DNA of 64,000 nt from the human T2T-CHM13v2.0 reference genome, Homo sapiens, in the NCBI RefSeq assembly GCF_009914755.1, contig NC_060947.1; one strand, 5' to 3'. The position numbers and the translations under genes are program-made. Within the stretch, counting starts at the first letter, position 1; each line of letters begins with the position of its first letter. Positions 46,394 to 59,062 of the stretch are shown piece after piece. Below the pieces are notes generated by a model. It saw nothing but the letters and a program-made list of their open reading frames with translations, was not told the origin of the DNA and made no database searches.

Positions 46394-47057
46394 AGGGTGA
46401 CTATAATTAACAACAGTTCATTGGATATTTTCAAATAGCTAGAAGAATGGATTTTGAATGTTCCGAAAACAAAGAAATGGTAAGTGTTTGGGGTGATGGA
46501 TATGTTAATTACCCCGATTGGCTCATTATACATTGTATACATATACTGAGATATCACACTGTACCCCATAAGTATGCACAATTATTACATGTCAATTGAA
46601 AATAATAAAAGCAAAAAATGCAATAAGATAAAAATGGAAGATTCCTGGGCTTTGACTTGGACTATTTAGATCAGAGTATTTAGCATAATTTGGATTTGAA
46701 AGCCTGAGAATGATAGCCAAAAAGAAAAGAATAAAAAATGCTAAATAAAATGCTAGCAAATAGAATTCAGCACAATATCAAAAGAATGATGAAACACAAT
46801 TAATAAGGATTATTCCATATGCAGCTATCCAAATGCCCACTTAACATCTCCTTCTGGATAGCTAACGGGCATCCCAAATTTAACACATTCCAAACCAAAT
46901 TCCTGATCTTCCTTTCAAAACCTGCTCTTCCTGCAATCCTCATTTCAGTCTATGACAACTCCATTCTACTATCTGTGACTCCTCTGTTTCTCTCATGCCT
47001 CATAGCCCATCTGTCAATGCATCTTGTGGGCTTTTACTTTCAAAATATATCCATATG

Positions 47058-47416
47058 TAGTCATGTGCTATATAATGACGATGTTTTTGGTCACCAAGGG
47101 ACCACATATATGACTGTGGTCCCATAGATTATAATATGGCATTTTTACTGTGCCCTTTCTATGTTTAGCTATGTTTAGATACACAAATAATTACCCTTGT
47201 GTTACAGTTGTCTACAGTATACAGTATAGCCACATGCTGTACAGGTGTGTGGCCTCAGAGAAATAGGCTATACCATACAGACGAGATGTGTGGTAGGATA
47301 GGCGTGTATCCCATCTACGTGTGGGTAAGTGCACTCCATGAAGTCTGTACAATGACAAAATTGCCTAACAATGCATTTCTCAGAATGTATCCAGGTTGTT
47401 AAGTGACATATGATTG
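47058..47416 (+). mobile_element. Tigger3a/MER7-like MITE within L2
   Basis: AGTCATGTGC...GTGGTCCCATAGATTATAAT...GCATTTCTCAGAATGTATCC...TTAAGTGACATATGATTG|TA. Confidence 0.75.
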
Positions 47417-48211
47417 TATGTCCATAAGCTACCTCCACTGCTAGTTCTGTGGTCCAAGCCAAGTTCCCCCATCAGCTCTCACAGAGATGAGTGCAACAGA
47501 TTCCTAAATGGTATCCCTACTTCCACTTGTGCCCTTCCCCAACCTATTTCCTACACAACAGCCAGAGTGATTTTTTTTTCACACATAATCAGCTTGTCAC
47601 TCCCTCACTTAAAACTCTCCAAAGGCTTCCCAGTCACAAAAGTCATCTGGCCATTCCTCAAACATGCCAAATGTATGCTTGTCTTTTGTATGGACATTCT
47701 ATGTTTATTTCTGTTTATTGCCTCTCTCCACCATTAACGTGTGAGCTCCATGAGAGCAGAGACTTGGTTTGTCTTTTTTGCTGTTGTATCCCCAGAGCCT
47801 GGAACAGTGCCTGGCACACAGCAGATGCATAATAAATGTTTTATGAATGAAGGAATACCCCAAAACAAGGGTGATTCAACATTAGAAAATTCACTGTTTT
47901 AATTAATCACATTGGCCAGTAGTTCAAAGGTGACTGAGCACATAATTTTAATGGACACCAAAGAGATGCTTGATAAACTAGCAACCATTCCTAGTAGAGG
48001 ATTTTGATGAACTTCCTGATTTTAAAAAATCAATTTCAAATGAAAAGCCCAGATCATAGCTGATTGTGAAACCCTAGAGACATTCTCATTAAACTCGGAC
48101 AGAACATGAAGACCTTTATCCTATGAGTGTATAGCCCCAACTTAATTTTTCTTCTTGTACTTGTATTGGGACGGAGCATCAGATGCTGGGATAAGTTCCT
48201 CACACATGTTG

Positions 48212-48525
48212 TTTTATTTTTTTATTTTTATTTTTATTTTTATTTTGAGGTGGAGTCTCGCTCTGTCCCCCAGGCTGGAGTGCAGTGGCGCGATCTCAGC
48301 TCACTGCAAGCTCCGCCTCCGGGTTCACACCATTCTCCCGCCTCAGCCTCCCGACTAGCTGGGACTACAGGGGCTCACCACCACGCCCAGCTAATTTTTT
48401 GTATTTTTAGTAGAGACGGGGTTTGACAGTGTTAGCCAGGATGGTCTCAATCTCCTGACCTCGTGATCCGCCCGCTTCGGCCTTCCAAAGTGCTGGGATT
48501 ACAGGCGTGAGCCACCGCACCCGGC
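48212..48525 (-). mobile_element. AluY
   Basis: GCAAGCTCCGCCTCC, GTTAGCCAGGATGGTCTC; TSD CACATG(T/C)TGTTTTAT. Confidence 0.93.
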
Positions 48526-48829
48526 GCACATGCTGTTTTATTAATCATCATGCCAATCCTATGAGGGCAGCGGTATCCTCTACTGACAGTCAATATAATG
48601 GTGCCTCTGCAAAGTTAATCCCCTTCCCAAAGTCAGTGAGTACAGGAGGCAACTAGGATGCAGACCCAGGGCTGGTGGAGGGCAAGGGTCTGGCTCACTT
48701 GAGCCCCAGAATAAGAATGAGCATCAGAATGATGAACTCTAAATGGCCCACAGGCATAAAAGTAGTTCATTCTCACTAATTAACGGAGAAATGTAAATGA
48801 AAGCTATAATGCCTATCAAATGTCAAGTC

Positions 48830-48974
48830 TTATTTATTTATTTATTTATGATATTTTAAGTTCTGGGATACATGTGCAGAACATGCAGGTTTGTTACATA
48901 GGTATACATGTGCCATGGAGGTTTGCTGCACCCATCAACCTGTCATTTAGGTTTTAAGCCCCGTATGCGTTATG
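48830..48974 (-). mobile_element. Very short L1PA (PA8-like) 3' end with TSD
   Basis: TTTAAGTTCTGGGATACATGTGCAGAAC...AGGTTTTAAGCCCC; TSD TATCAAATG(T/G)CAAGTCTT. Confidence 0.85.
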
Positions 48975-49292
48975 TATCAAATGGCAAGTCTTTTTAAACG
49001 GGTACGAATGACCACACTATTCGTGAGAGTACAAATTGGTGGGCACTGTCTTTCAGCACGGGAGAGTGAAAATGGTTTAGTCTTTCTGGAAGGTAATTGT
49101 CAGCTCATAGCTTAAGCTGTGGGACTGTTCATTTGCCTTGACCCAGCAATTCTGCTTCTAGTAATTTATCCTCAGAGAATAATTTAGGATGTGGGCAAAG
49201 ATTTAGTTACAGGGATATTCAGTGCAGGGTTCTTGTACACTATGAATTCAATTTTTGATATATCTATATCTCTTTACATATACATTCATATC

Positions 49293-49297
<5 letters not shown>

Positions 49298-49362
<65 letters not shown>
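49298..49362. repeat. Compound (CA)n(GA)n microsatellite
   Basis: Directly visible. Confidence 0.95.
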
Positions 49363-49368
<6 letters not shown>

Positions 49369-49911
49369 CTGGACAGGAGTATACTAAAATATTAACAATG
49401 ATTTTTTCTGGATAATCAGATTACATGTGATTTTTTGTTTCCTTCTGAACAATTTGCTCTATTTTCAGAAGATTTATCATGATAATACATTATCGCTATA
49501 ATTAGAGAACACCATAAAATTATTTTTGTTTTGGAAATAAGGTGGGTGCCTTCTTCTCACATGCCTGACATTTGAGGTGGGATCGATCACTGTATTTCAT
49601 TCAACAAATAGGTTCTGTACCAGGGATGGAAATATATCAGTGAATGACAGACCCCAAGACCCTGCTCTCAAAATGTCTTTTATATTTACCCACATTTTAC
49701 TGTTCGTGATGCTTACCATTCCTTTGTGCAGATCTAAGTTTCCATCTGGTGTAATTTTCCTTCTGCTTGAATGGCTACCTGTAACATTTCTTATAGTGAA
49801 GTTCTGTCGGTGACAGATTGTCTCAGCTTTTTCTTTCATCTGAAAATGCCCTTATTTTATCTTCATTTTTTGAAGGATTTTGTCCTAGATAAAGAATTCT
49901 AGGTTGACTAT

Positions 49912-50227
<316 letters not shown>

Positions 50228-51179
50228 TAGGTTGACTTGGTTGACTATTTTTTAATTTCAGCAAGCTAAAGACATGTTTCCATTTTCTTCTGATTTGCAT
50301 TGTTTCTGATGGGAAATCAGTAGAAATTTTCTTTGTTCCTTTTCATGTAATGTGTCATTTTTTTCTCCTGTTTTTCAGATTTATCCTTTATTACTGATTT
50401 TCAGCCTTTTGATTATGTGCCTTGGTGTGATTCAATTTTTAAAATTCTGCTTAGCACTTGTTGAGATCCATGCCTGTCTAGGTGCAGTCAGGGCTCTTTG
50501 TGTTGACGTATTTGGGTTAAAATTATTTAAAAAAATTGTAAGATACCTAGGAGAATGTTTCCCATTTTACTTCTGAGTAAACAGAGGCCTAGAAAAGCAG
50601 CAATCTAACCAGGGTCCCATAGGATAGTAGTAGGAGAGCCAAGTCTCAAACACGTCCTTGCCTGTGAAATGAGTGTCATAGCCTCAGCCAACATTTCCTA
50701 TTTAGGGGTCTGTGACAGTGTTTTATGGGTTTGATAAACTTGAAGATGGTGATAACTCCTGGTTTAATTTCAATTAAAATTAACAACATTAAAAATTATT
50801 TAAATATTTCCCCCTTTAAAACCAGACCAGTTTGAAAGTATCTCAATAAGTGTTGAGTGAAAATGCGGGTTTTACTGTAGATGTGGTTAATATCAGTTTA
50901 TAATTCAGCTAAATACTTCTATTCCCCATGGTCATTTTGACTCATTATACAGTTTAAATTGATTTTATTCTTCTGTAAAGAAAATATTGACTATTTATAT
51001 TCGTAAAGGGCTACTACTTCAAGACATAGACATAAGGACCACATGATATTCAAATACAAGCAAATGAGGAGGATAAAATGATAATGATTTTGCAATTTCA
51101 CCTCATGATGATTTTTAGCAGATATATAAGTTACATTCATCTCACAAAAATTCCTATAAAACACACTAAGAAATTTCTA

Positions 51180-51400
51180 TTACTTCAAAAACAATGTTAA
51201 GAAGAGAAAATATAGTGGCAGGGACCAAAATGATTTGGTCTTTCATTTATTTGGAATAGACATGAGCAAGCTGTTTTTGGAGAAAAGTGTTTATAACTAC
51301 AGCAGCCTTAAATGTTGTCTCTTAGCTAATCATGTAGACACAAGATCTGTAGATTTCAAATAATAACTACATGATTTTTAAAGTTTAAATACAAGAATCC
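51180..51400 (+). mobile_element. Possible degenerate Charlie (hAT) transposase N-terminal fragment
   Basis: Frameshifted remnants KRKY..., FGLSFI and LANHVDT resemble Charlie KRKY...FGF...LxRHLET. Confidence 0.35.
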
Positions 51401-51607
51401 AAAACATTAGGCCACAAAAGTAATTTTTGTCCTGCAGTATTTGATCCTGTAATAAGTGTGTTTTTGTTTATTTTTAATTACAAAAATATTTCTTTGGTAG
51501 AGTCAGGGTTTTGCTATGTTGACCAGGCTGGTCTTGAACTCCTAGCCTCAAGTGATCCTCCTACCTTGGCCTTCCAAAGTCCAGGGATTATTGGCATGAG
51601 GGATTTT

Positions 51608-51960
51608 TGGTGTGAGTGTTTATGAGTGATGTGTGTGTGTGTGTGTGTATGAGTGTGTTGGTGTATATGTGTAAGTGTGTGTAAACGTATATATGTGTGA
51701 CTGTGTGCATGTGTATTTAAGCCTGTGTACGTGTCTGTGTTTCTGTGAGTTTGCCTGTGTATGTGTGAAACAGCCCAAGCTCTGGGGAAGAAAATCTAGA
51801 TTCATATGACAGTGGAACAAGAAAATTCAAAACCACACAAACTTATTAAATTTGATGAAATAGATTCCTGATATCCTGAATGGAGCTGACAAGAGCCATG
51901 TCATCTCTTTCTGTGCTCATTTGGTGGTAGTCATGTAGCAGTAAGGATGCATGCACATGT

Positions 51961-52000
<40 letters not shown>
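51608..52000. repeat. GT-rich low-complexity and (GT)n tracts
   Basis: Visible at 51608-51767 and 51964-52000. Confidence 0.85.
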
Positions 52001-52001
<1 letters not shown>

Positions 52002-52869
52002 GATGTGTTGAAGGGGGGCCAGTGGGAAGCACTCAACAAAGTGGATCAACCTGTCAGCCCAGGTTCAGCCAACTGGGTGCCCCCTGGGATGAGGGCAGCT
52101 GTGGGTGCCAGCAGGTGAATCCATGCTGCCAGCGCAGAGTGGAAATCTCCCCAGCTCTTTGGTTGGTTCTCCCTTCTTGTCTCCCTCCCTCATTCTATCC
52201 ATCCCCCATCGCCCCCCTAGGACACACACACCAAAGTGGGCTCAAGCCTCTGTCTTTAATAAGCTCAGAAGACAGTAAATCATGGTAATGAGAAAAACAA
52301 GGAGCACATCTGCTCCCAATGAAGCATTGCATATGGGTTGATCAATTGCTCTAGAAATTGTCCTTTGGACATTATTCACGATGAAGCTGTCCTGTTAGAG
52401 TACAGTTTCCCATACATAATTGGATGATGTGTCAGACTGGTTGTGGGTCCTTCTAGTGGGACCATCATGATGTTTTCAGTTTAGGCCATTTTAAGGAATT
52501 TGGAGTCGCGTTACCAAAGTGCTTTTAATTTTTTTTTAACCTTAGAGTCCATTTTCACTGAAAAACAATTTTAGCAATGGTGGTGAATTTCCAGGAGCAC
52601 CTTCTGGCTAAAAGACATGCTTTTGACCCCTGAATTGTTTTTAGAGTCTCCGATCAACATTAACCTCTCTACCACCATGAATTCACATTTGTTTGTGGCA
52701 AGGACTGGAGACAATTTCTGATTAAAAGCATTCACAGGCCCGTCTGTGAGCCCCTTGAGAGTACGCTCCTCTAAACCAGCTCTGACTCTCCCAGAGCCAC
52801 AAGGGTAGGGAGTTATAAGTATATATAACCTTTTAGGGCTTCCAAGGACTGCTGATGCAATCAGCACAT

Positions 52870-53520
52870 GGTCATTCATTCACTCATTTGACGCTGGTTT
52901 AGACACTTGAGATACACCAGTGATGCAAAGAAATATCTCTGCCCTCTGAGGTTTATGGGACAGCAGATAGAGAGAGACATATAATATTAATAGCATCATA
53001 AATAAGGAAATAGTATGTACATATGTTAGCAGGTGCTATGAAAAAAAGAAGAGCAGGATGCGGGGGATGTTACGAGCATTAAATGGAGTGGTCAGGGAAG
53101 GCCTCAGTGAGAAAATGTCATTTGAGCAGCCTTGAAGGATGAAGCTGACATCAAAGGGAGGTGCATTCCAGCAGAGGAGATAGGCAGAGCAAAGCCCCGA
53201 AGCGGGCATGCGCCTGCAGGTTTGCGGAACAGCAAAGAGGCCTGTGTGGCTGATTGGGAGAGAGCAAAGGGAGGAGAGTAGGGTGAGTGGATAGAAAGGT
53301 GATAGCATCAGATGACATACAGGGCCTCGCAGGCCATGGCAAGGACTTAGGCTTTGACTCTGTTGGAGATGGGAGCCCGTGCAGGCTTTTGAGCAGAGGA
53401 GGGGTGGGTCCTCACGTGTGTTTGAATGGAATCACTCTGGCTGCTATACTGGGAATAGATTGTAAAGCTGCAAGGGTGGAAGCTAGCTAATGTAGTAATT
53501 CAGGTGAGAAATGATGATGA
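52870..53520 (-). mobile_element. L2 LINE fragment
   Basis: GGTCAGGGAAGGCCTCAGTGAGAAAATGTCATTTGAGCAG...GGAATCACTCTGGCTGCT. Confidence 0.75.
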
Positions 53521-54329
53521 CTTGTCCCATTCGCTGGGTTGAGCTGCTGAATTGAGAAACCTGCCTCTAAGATAATGGCAGGAATTTAGCAGGGTAGGTT
53601 TTAAAGCTGTAAGTGGACAATGTTTTTTTGCTACTGGGGGTTCAATTTGGCTTCCAACTCCCCTGGAGCTGGCCGTGTATATTAAGCGTGAGCGCGGGAT
53701 CTAGTCCTTCAGGTTCTTATAAAGGCAGACCCTAAGGAGAGGCTGCTGCTCCCAGAGTGAGGCTAAACATGAAAAATCCTTCACAGCTGTGGGGGAATCT
53801 GGGTCCAAGGACGTGGGGGTCTGTTTGGGGAGCAGGGGTCGGATTCCTGGCCTGGAAGACAGGTGGGAAGGAAGGCTTACTGCTCTTTGACTGCCTAGCT
53901 GCCTTCAGAAGCTGCCTGTTATTAATGGCAGTCTCTGGAAGACTTCAGGACACACAGAAGGAGAATGGAGAAGGCTCTCTCATCTTTCTTTCCTGGCGTG
54001 CTCTGAACAGAAATGTGAGAAGATTGCAGCCTCTTACCCCCGCCCCCGTGGAGGAGCTCAGGAAAGGGGGTCTGTAGGTACACCTGGGCAGGAGGCTTTC
54101 TGGAGGGGGAGGAAGCAGCGTACCTCGGAAGCTTGGGGGTGAGAGTGGCAGCAAACTCCAGGGAAAGGGCTAGTTGGAGGGCCTTTGCAAGCCTTAAGTC
54201 CATCGTGCAGTTCCAGGGACATCCAGAATTGTGTATAGGGTCAGTATTCAGGAGACCGGGCTTCTGGTCCTGGCTGCACCGCCGTGGCCTTGAGCAAGGC
54301 CCTGTCCCCCTCTGGGTGCCATCCCTCAG

Positions 54330-54750
54330 TAAGGAGAGGCCAGGTGACTTCTGGGGCCTTCCAGCCAGGACACGAGGGACTGCGGCTTAGCCAGAAGCCA
54401 GTTTCTCCCGCTGCGCTGAGCCAGCTCCGCAGAGGACGCCGACGCAGGAAAGCACGCAGAGTCCGGACTTTAATAATGCACGCGGCGGCTCGCTCAGAAT
54501 ACAAATGCGGCGGGCGGCAGCGCAGGGGCGCCCGCCACCCTGTGGTCAGCCTAAGCACTGCAGGCTGCGCTGCGGTCTTGGAATTTATTTCACGTGGGGC
54601 GGGGCGCGTGGGGAGTGAAGGTTGGAGGGCGTCAGGAGAGGGAGGTGGGTATAGGGAGGCGGTGAAGAGCGAGGCTCCAAGAGAGCGCAGCAGCTCCCGC
54701 AGCTCCCCTCTCCTGGCTGCAATCGGTTTCTCGTCCACAGCCCCTTTCTG
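54330..54750. promoter_or_regulatory. Small CpG-rich island (promoter/insulator candidate)
   Basis: Dense CpG and GC content outside any recognisable repeat; E-box CACGTG at 54591 followed by GC-box GGGGCGGGGC. Confidence 0.75.
54531..54563 (-). promoter_or_regulatory. CTCF binding motif with upstream module
   Basis: Minus strand CTGCAGTGCT-TAGGC-TGACCACAGGGTGGCGGG matches TGCAGT.. + spacer + core TGGCCACCAGGGGGCG. Confidence 0.7.
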
Positions 54751-56449
54751 ACCATCTCTTGGGGATCTTTCTACACATAGAGTCACAGTTTGACTTTCCC
54801 TTTCCCAGTCTCAGCTATGTGGACTGTTCAATGGGAGCAATAGCACTCACTTCACAGGGTGATTGGGCGGTCATTATTGCCCTTGAGCCTGAGCAAGCCC
54901 CGTGTTTCAGGGGCCCCATGCTTTCCAGTGCCTTCTAAGCAGGAAGCTCCCCACCAGCTCCTGGAACCTCTGGACCGACCAGAAGGTAACCCCAAGCCCA
55001 GACTACGGACCTGCATGAAACCTGGTACTGGTTTCCCTTCTCTGGGCTCCCTTCAGTCCTCTATTTTCCACCTGACCCCCTGCAGTCAGATATCCTGAGA
55101 AGCTCCAGGACTCCCACCTATGGGAATCATCCCAGGGCGCCATGCTTGGCCTCTGCTGAGGGTGTTTTTGGGAAAAAAGATTGCTCCCACTGGCCAGCAA
55201 GGTATTTCTTTCATAGGAGCGAGACAGATTAGGTCATCAGGCTGGTACCGACACACGGATTTTGGTAACTCAAATAGTCTATATAGACAGGGGCCCAGTA
55301 CACCTTAGGGGTGCCCTGTGGCAAACAAATATGTGAGGTGCTGCTGCCTGTGCTGTTTATTGATAAGGAATGTCGGAGCATTAATCCCCTCATTCCACAA
55401 ATCTGGAGCACCTTTTCTGTGCCAGGCACATTGCTGGGTTCTGGGCCCTGCCTCTAGACTCAAAGAACCTCTGTCTTCTGAGACCTTTTGACCGCTCTGG
55501 CCTATGGCTCCTCTTCAATTTCTGAAAGCTGTCTTCTGCAGGCTTCCAGGACACCACCCTCTCTTGGCTTTCCCATGACCTCTCTCTCCACTGTAGGATT
55601 GTCTGTCCCTCAGGTGGGTCTCTGTTCTGGACTCCTTCCCTTGTTTCTTCCCACACTGCCTTACCACCAAGCTTGTCCACACCCAGGACTTGAATTGCCA
55701 CTGTGTGCAGCCTGAACTGATACCCCTACCTCTAGCTGTGCCCTTTCTCATGAGCTCTAGAACCATATACTCCACTGCTATGGGGGCATTGCCACATGGA
55801 TGTCCCATAACCAACACCCACTCACTGTGTTCAAATTTGACCTCATGATCTCCCCCTCCCCCACAGGTTTCATGGCCACTCAGATCTAGTGCAAACTCCT
55901 TTCCATGACCTACAAAGGCACTAGTGCCCCAGACCCTGCTTGCTACCTCATTCTCCAACTTCCCATTGACATCAGTCTTTTGGTCCTCACAGAGCCACAC
56001 ACTCTTTGTCCATGCTATGCCCTCTGCCCCTCTTATGGGTTTATCAGCCCCTCCTGCCTCATTGTCCACCCAATTCATACCAGCCCCCACCATGTACCAC
56101 TTTAACCCCTGTCTTCTAACACCTTCAGTGCACCCCTACCCTGGCGGTCCTGCTGCTGCATGGGCCTTGAGGACTCTAGCCATCCACTGTCTTCTGGAGT
56201 AGAACTCCTTTTCTACTAAGCTTGTTTTAGTGTTTCTCAACAAAATGCTACTGGCATTTTGGGTGGGAGAATTCCCCATTGTAAGGTCTTTGGAGGACTT
56301 ATAACATGTCTGGCCCTTACCCTCTATATGCCAGCAGCACATTCCGCAACACCAGTAACTGTGACATTCATGAAACCTACATGCCCCTTTCCGAATACTG
56401 CCTGGGGAAATCTCCTTCTCTGGGCTCCCAGTAGATTGTACCTCTACTG

Positions 56450-56590
56450 ATTGAGAATCACTCTAGTCTTTCCTGTTTGAAGACCTTTCTTTTGGGGAAG
56501 TGTGGATGCAAAATAAGAGCTGAGTAGCTTTGCTTTTTGCCTGTCACTTATTAACTTTGTGCCGTCTGCTTCAAGCTGGGGGTCAGGTAA
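56450..56590 (-). mobile_element. CR1/L3 LINE fossil
   Basis: Peptide DRQKAKLLSSYFAST matches CR1 ORF2 EKAELLNSYFASVF. Confidence 0.65.
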
Positions 56591-57767
56591 TGATAGAGGA
56601 TGCCAGCCATTTAGAAATGGGAAAACAATTGGGAAAACAGAGGGTGCAAGTGACACAGGGGTTTATGCCAGGGAAAGGGCATAAATCAGTGGTTCCAGGG
56701 CAGCAGAGCAGCTCATGGTGGGAGTATGAAGGTACCAGGTCCAGCTCCCAAGTAAAGGGGATTCTGCTCTTGCCTCCTGGAGGAGCCCACCTGAGGCTAT
56801 CTCCCTTGGTCCTGGATCTGCCTCAGGGACCACAGGGCCCAGCCATACCATTTGGCATCCTAGAGCTCTTGGCTCAGAGGGGGAAGAGGGAGCTGAGAAA
56901 AACATCTTTGCCTTATATTTGCTAGACCAGAGGTTCTCAACTCTCATGAGTATGGGTCTGAATTTCAGTTCAGAAATATTAATGTGCAAGAAATATATAT
57001 GTTTCTTCTAAAACAAACTAATTACTGATGCCATATCTTATTCTTCCAGGATGTCAGAAAGCTTAACCTCAGGACTCCTCCAGGGTTGTGCCACAAATCA
57101 GAGACCTTGGACCTATGACCCCATCAACCCAGATGCCTCAAGTAGTCACTCACCCCATTCCCCTACCAAATTTTCTCAGCCACCTTGGAGTGCTCCAGAA
57201 TCACCTGAGATGTGTGTTCAGTCTCTTGTTCTGCCCTCAGGTCAGACTCAGTCAGTGTCATTTGACCCTTACTATACCAACAAACAGCATTGACTGCACT
57301 TTATATGTACTAGCCATATTGCTGAGCATGCTGCATACACCTTCTCAGGTGGAGGCTGCCAAGAGTTGGGCTAACTGTTCTGGCTCTACGGTTAGACTAC
57401 CTGTATTTGAATTGGATCACTGCCACTGACTGGTTGGGTGACCTTGGGTGAACCACTTATTCCACACTTCGGTGTCCAAATTGATAGAATGTCCCAACTT
57501 CATAGAGTTGTCATGAGGATCACAGATTCAAATACCTGCGAAGGGCTTGACATAGAGTAAGTACCACAAAGTATTTTGTACTATTATTAGTTATCCCCAT
57601 GATACCATGAGCTAGGTATTTATTACAATGTTCATTTTATAGATGAGGGAATTTTGGCCTACAGAAATCAAGTAACTTGCCCAGGATCGTAGACAGAAGT
57701 GACAGAACAAAACCTCAAACCAAGGTGGTCACATTCTAGTGGTTAATGTCATTGAGCCTATGGCTAC

Positions 57768-57946
57768 TGATATGGTTTGGCTCTGTGTCCCCATGCAAAT
57801 CTCACCTTGAATTGTAATAATCCCCACGTGTCAGGGGCAGGACCAGGTGGAGGTAAATGAATCATGGGGGTGGTTACCCCCATGCTGTTCTCGTGTTAGT
57901 GAGTTCTCATGAAATCTGATGGTTTTATAAGGGGCTTTTCCCCTTT
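57768..57946 (+). mobile_element. THE1-type LTR, 5' half
   Basis: TGATATGGTTTGGCTCTGTGTCCCC...AAATCTCACCTTGAATTGTAATAATCCCCACGTGTC. Confidence 0.88.
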
Positions 57947-58014
57947 GTTGAGCATTCACATGAGATGCAAATATCTTCACAGTTTTTGACCACTCAGAGA
58001 GGTCCATCCACATA
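57941..58014 (-). mobile_element. HERV-L pol (RNase H region) fragment
   Basis: Minus peptide MWMDLSEWSKTVKIFASHVNAQQR matches HERV-L pol MWMDLSEWSKTVKIFVSHV.AHQR. Confidence 0.8.
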
Positions 58015-58509
58015 GCAAGTGTGCAAAAGAGGGGCCTACTTACCATGGAGAAGAACTCACAGGCTCAGAGAAGTGGCTTACCCAAAGTTATATGGTCACA
58101 TGGCTCATCAGTGGGAGAGGTGAGATTTCCACTATGGCTAATTCCAAATCCCTCGCAAAAGTGTGTAGATATGAAAGGGTGAAGAAGGCTTTGGAAGCAT
58201 TGAATTGACTCAGATTACTAACTCAGGGTAAAAACAAATGATGGCTCATGTTTCCGTTGAAATGACAAGCAGATGAGCAGCATTTTAGAATGAACTTGTT
58301 TGATGAGGATCATCAATGGTGAAATGTCAGTCTTCATCTTACTTGAGTTTTGAGCAGCACTTGGTACGGTTGCTCACTCCTTTTTCCTTTGAAACACCCT
58401 TCAATGGCTTCCAGAACACTCCTCTCTCCTGGTTTTTCCTGGTACTTTACAGATTATTTCTCTTCAGTATCCTTTGCTGGCTCCTCCTCATCAGCCTGTA
58501 ACTTTTCCT

Positions 58510-59062
58510 CTTTTTTTTTTTTTTACATTTTTTATTGTGCTAAAATATATAAAACATAAAATTTGCCATTGTAACCATTTTAAATATATAGTTCAGTGAC
58601 ATTAATTACAATCACAGTGTTGTGCAACCATTACCACTGTTCATCTCCAGAACATTTTCATGATCCTAAACTGAAACCCTACACCCTTTAAGCAATAACT
58701 CTCCATCTCCTCCCCCCTCTGATAAAAGTGCTTATTAATTCCCATTCTACTTTCTATGTCTATCGATTTGCCAATTCTGAAGACCTCATATGAATGGGAT
58801 CATATAATAATATGTGATCATTTGTGACTGGCTTATTTCACTTAACATCATGTTTTTCATGTGTATCCATGTTGCAGTGTGGATCGTTACTCGACCTTTT
58901 GTTTCTGAATAATGTATGTATATCCACATTTTTCTTATTCATTCATCTGTTGATATATACTTGAGTTGTTTCTATCTTTTGGCTACTGTGTATAATGCAG
59001 CAATGAGCATTGGTATACAAATACCTATTTGAATCCCTGTTTCCAATTCTTCTGGGTGTAAA
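58510..59062 (-). mobile_element. L1MB-type 3' end nested in L2
   Basis: AACATAAAATTTGCCATTGTAACCATTTTAA...TTGTGCAACCATTACCAC. Confidence 0.8.

Noticed and set aside
54241-54786. 155-181-aa Arg/Ala/Gly-rich ORFs on both strands
   Set aside because: Expected in GC-rich DNA; no recognisable domain.
55515-56093. 192-aa minus-strand ORF
   Set aside because: Overlaps degenerate L2-like sequence; no protein-family signature.
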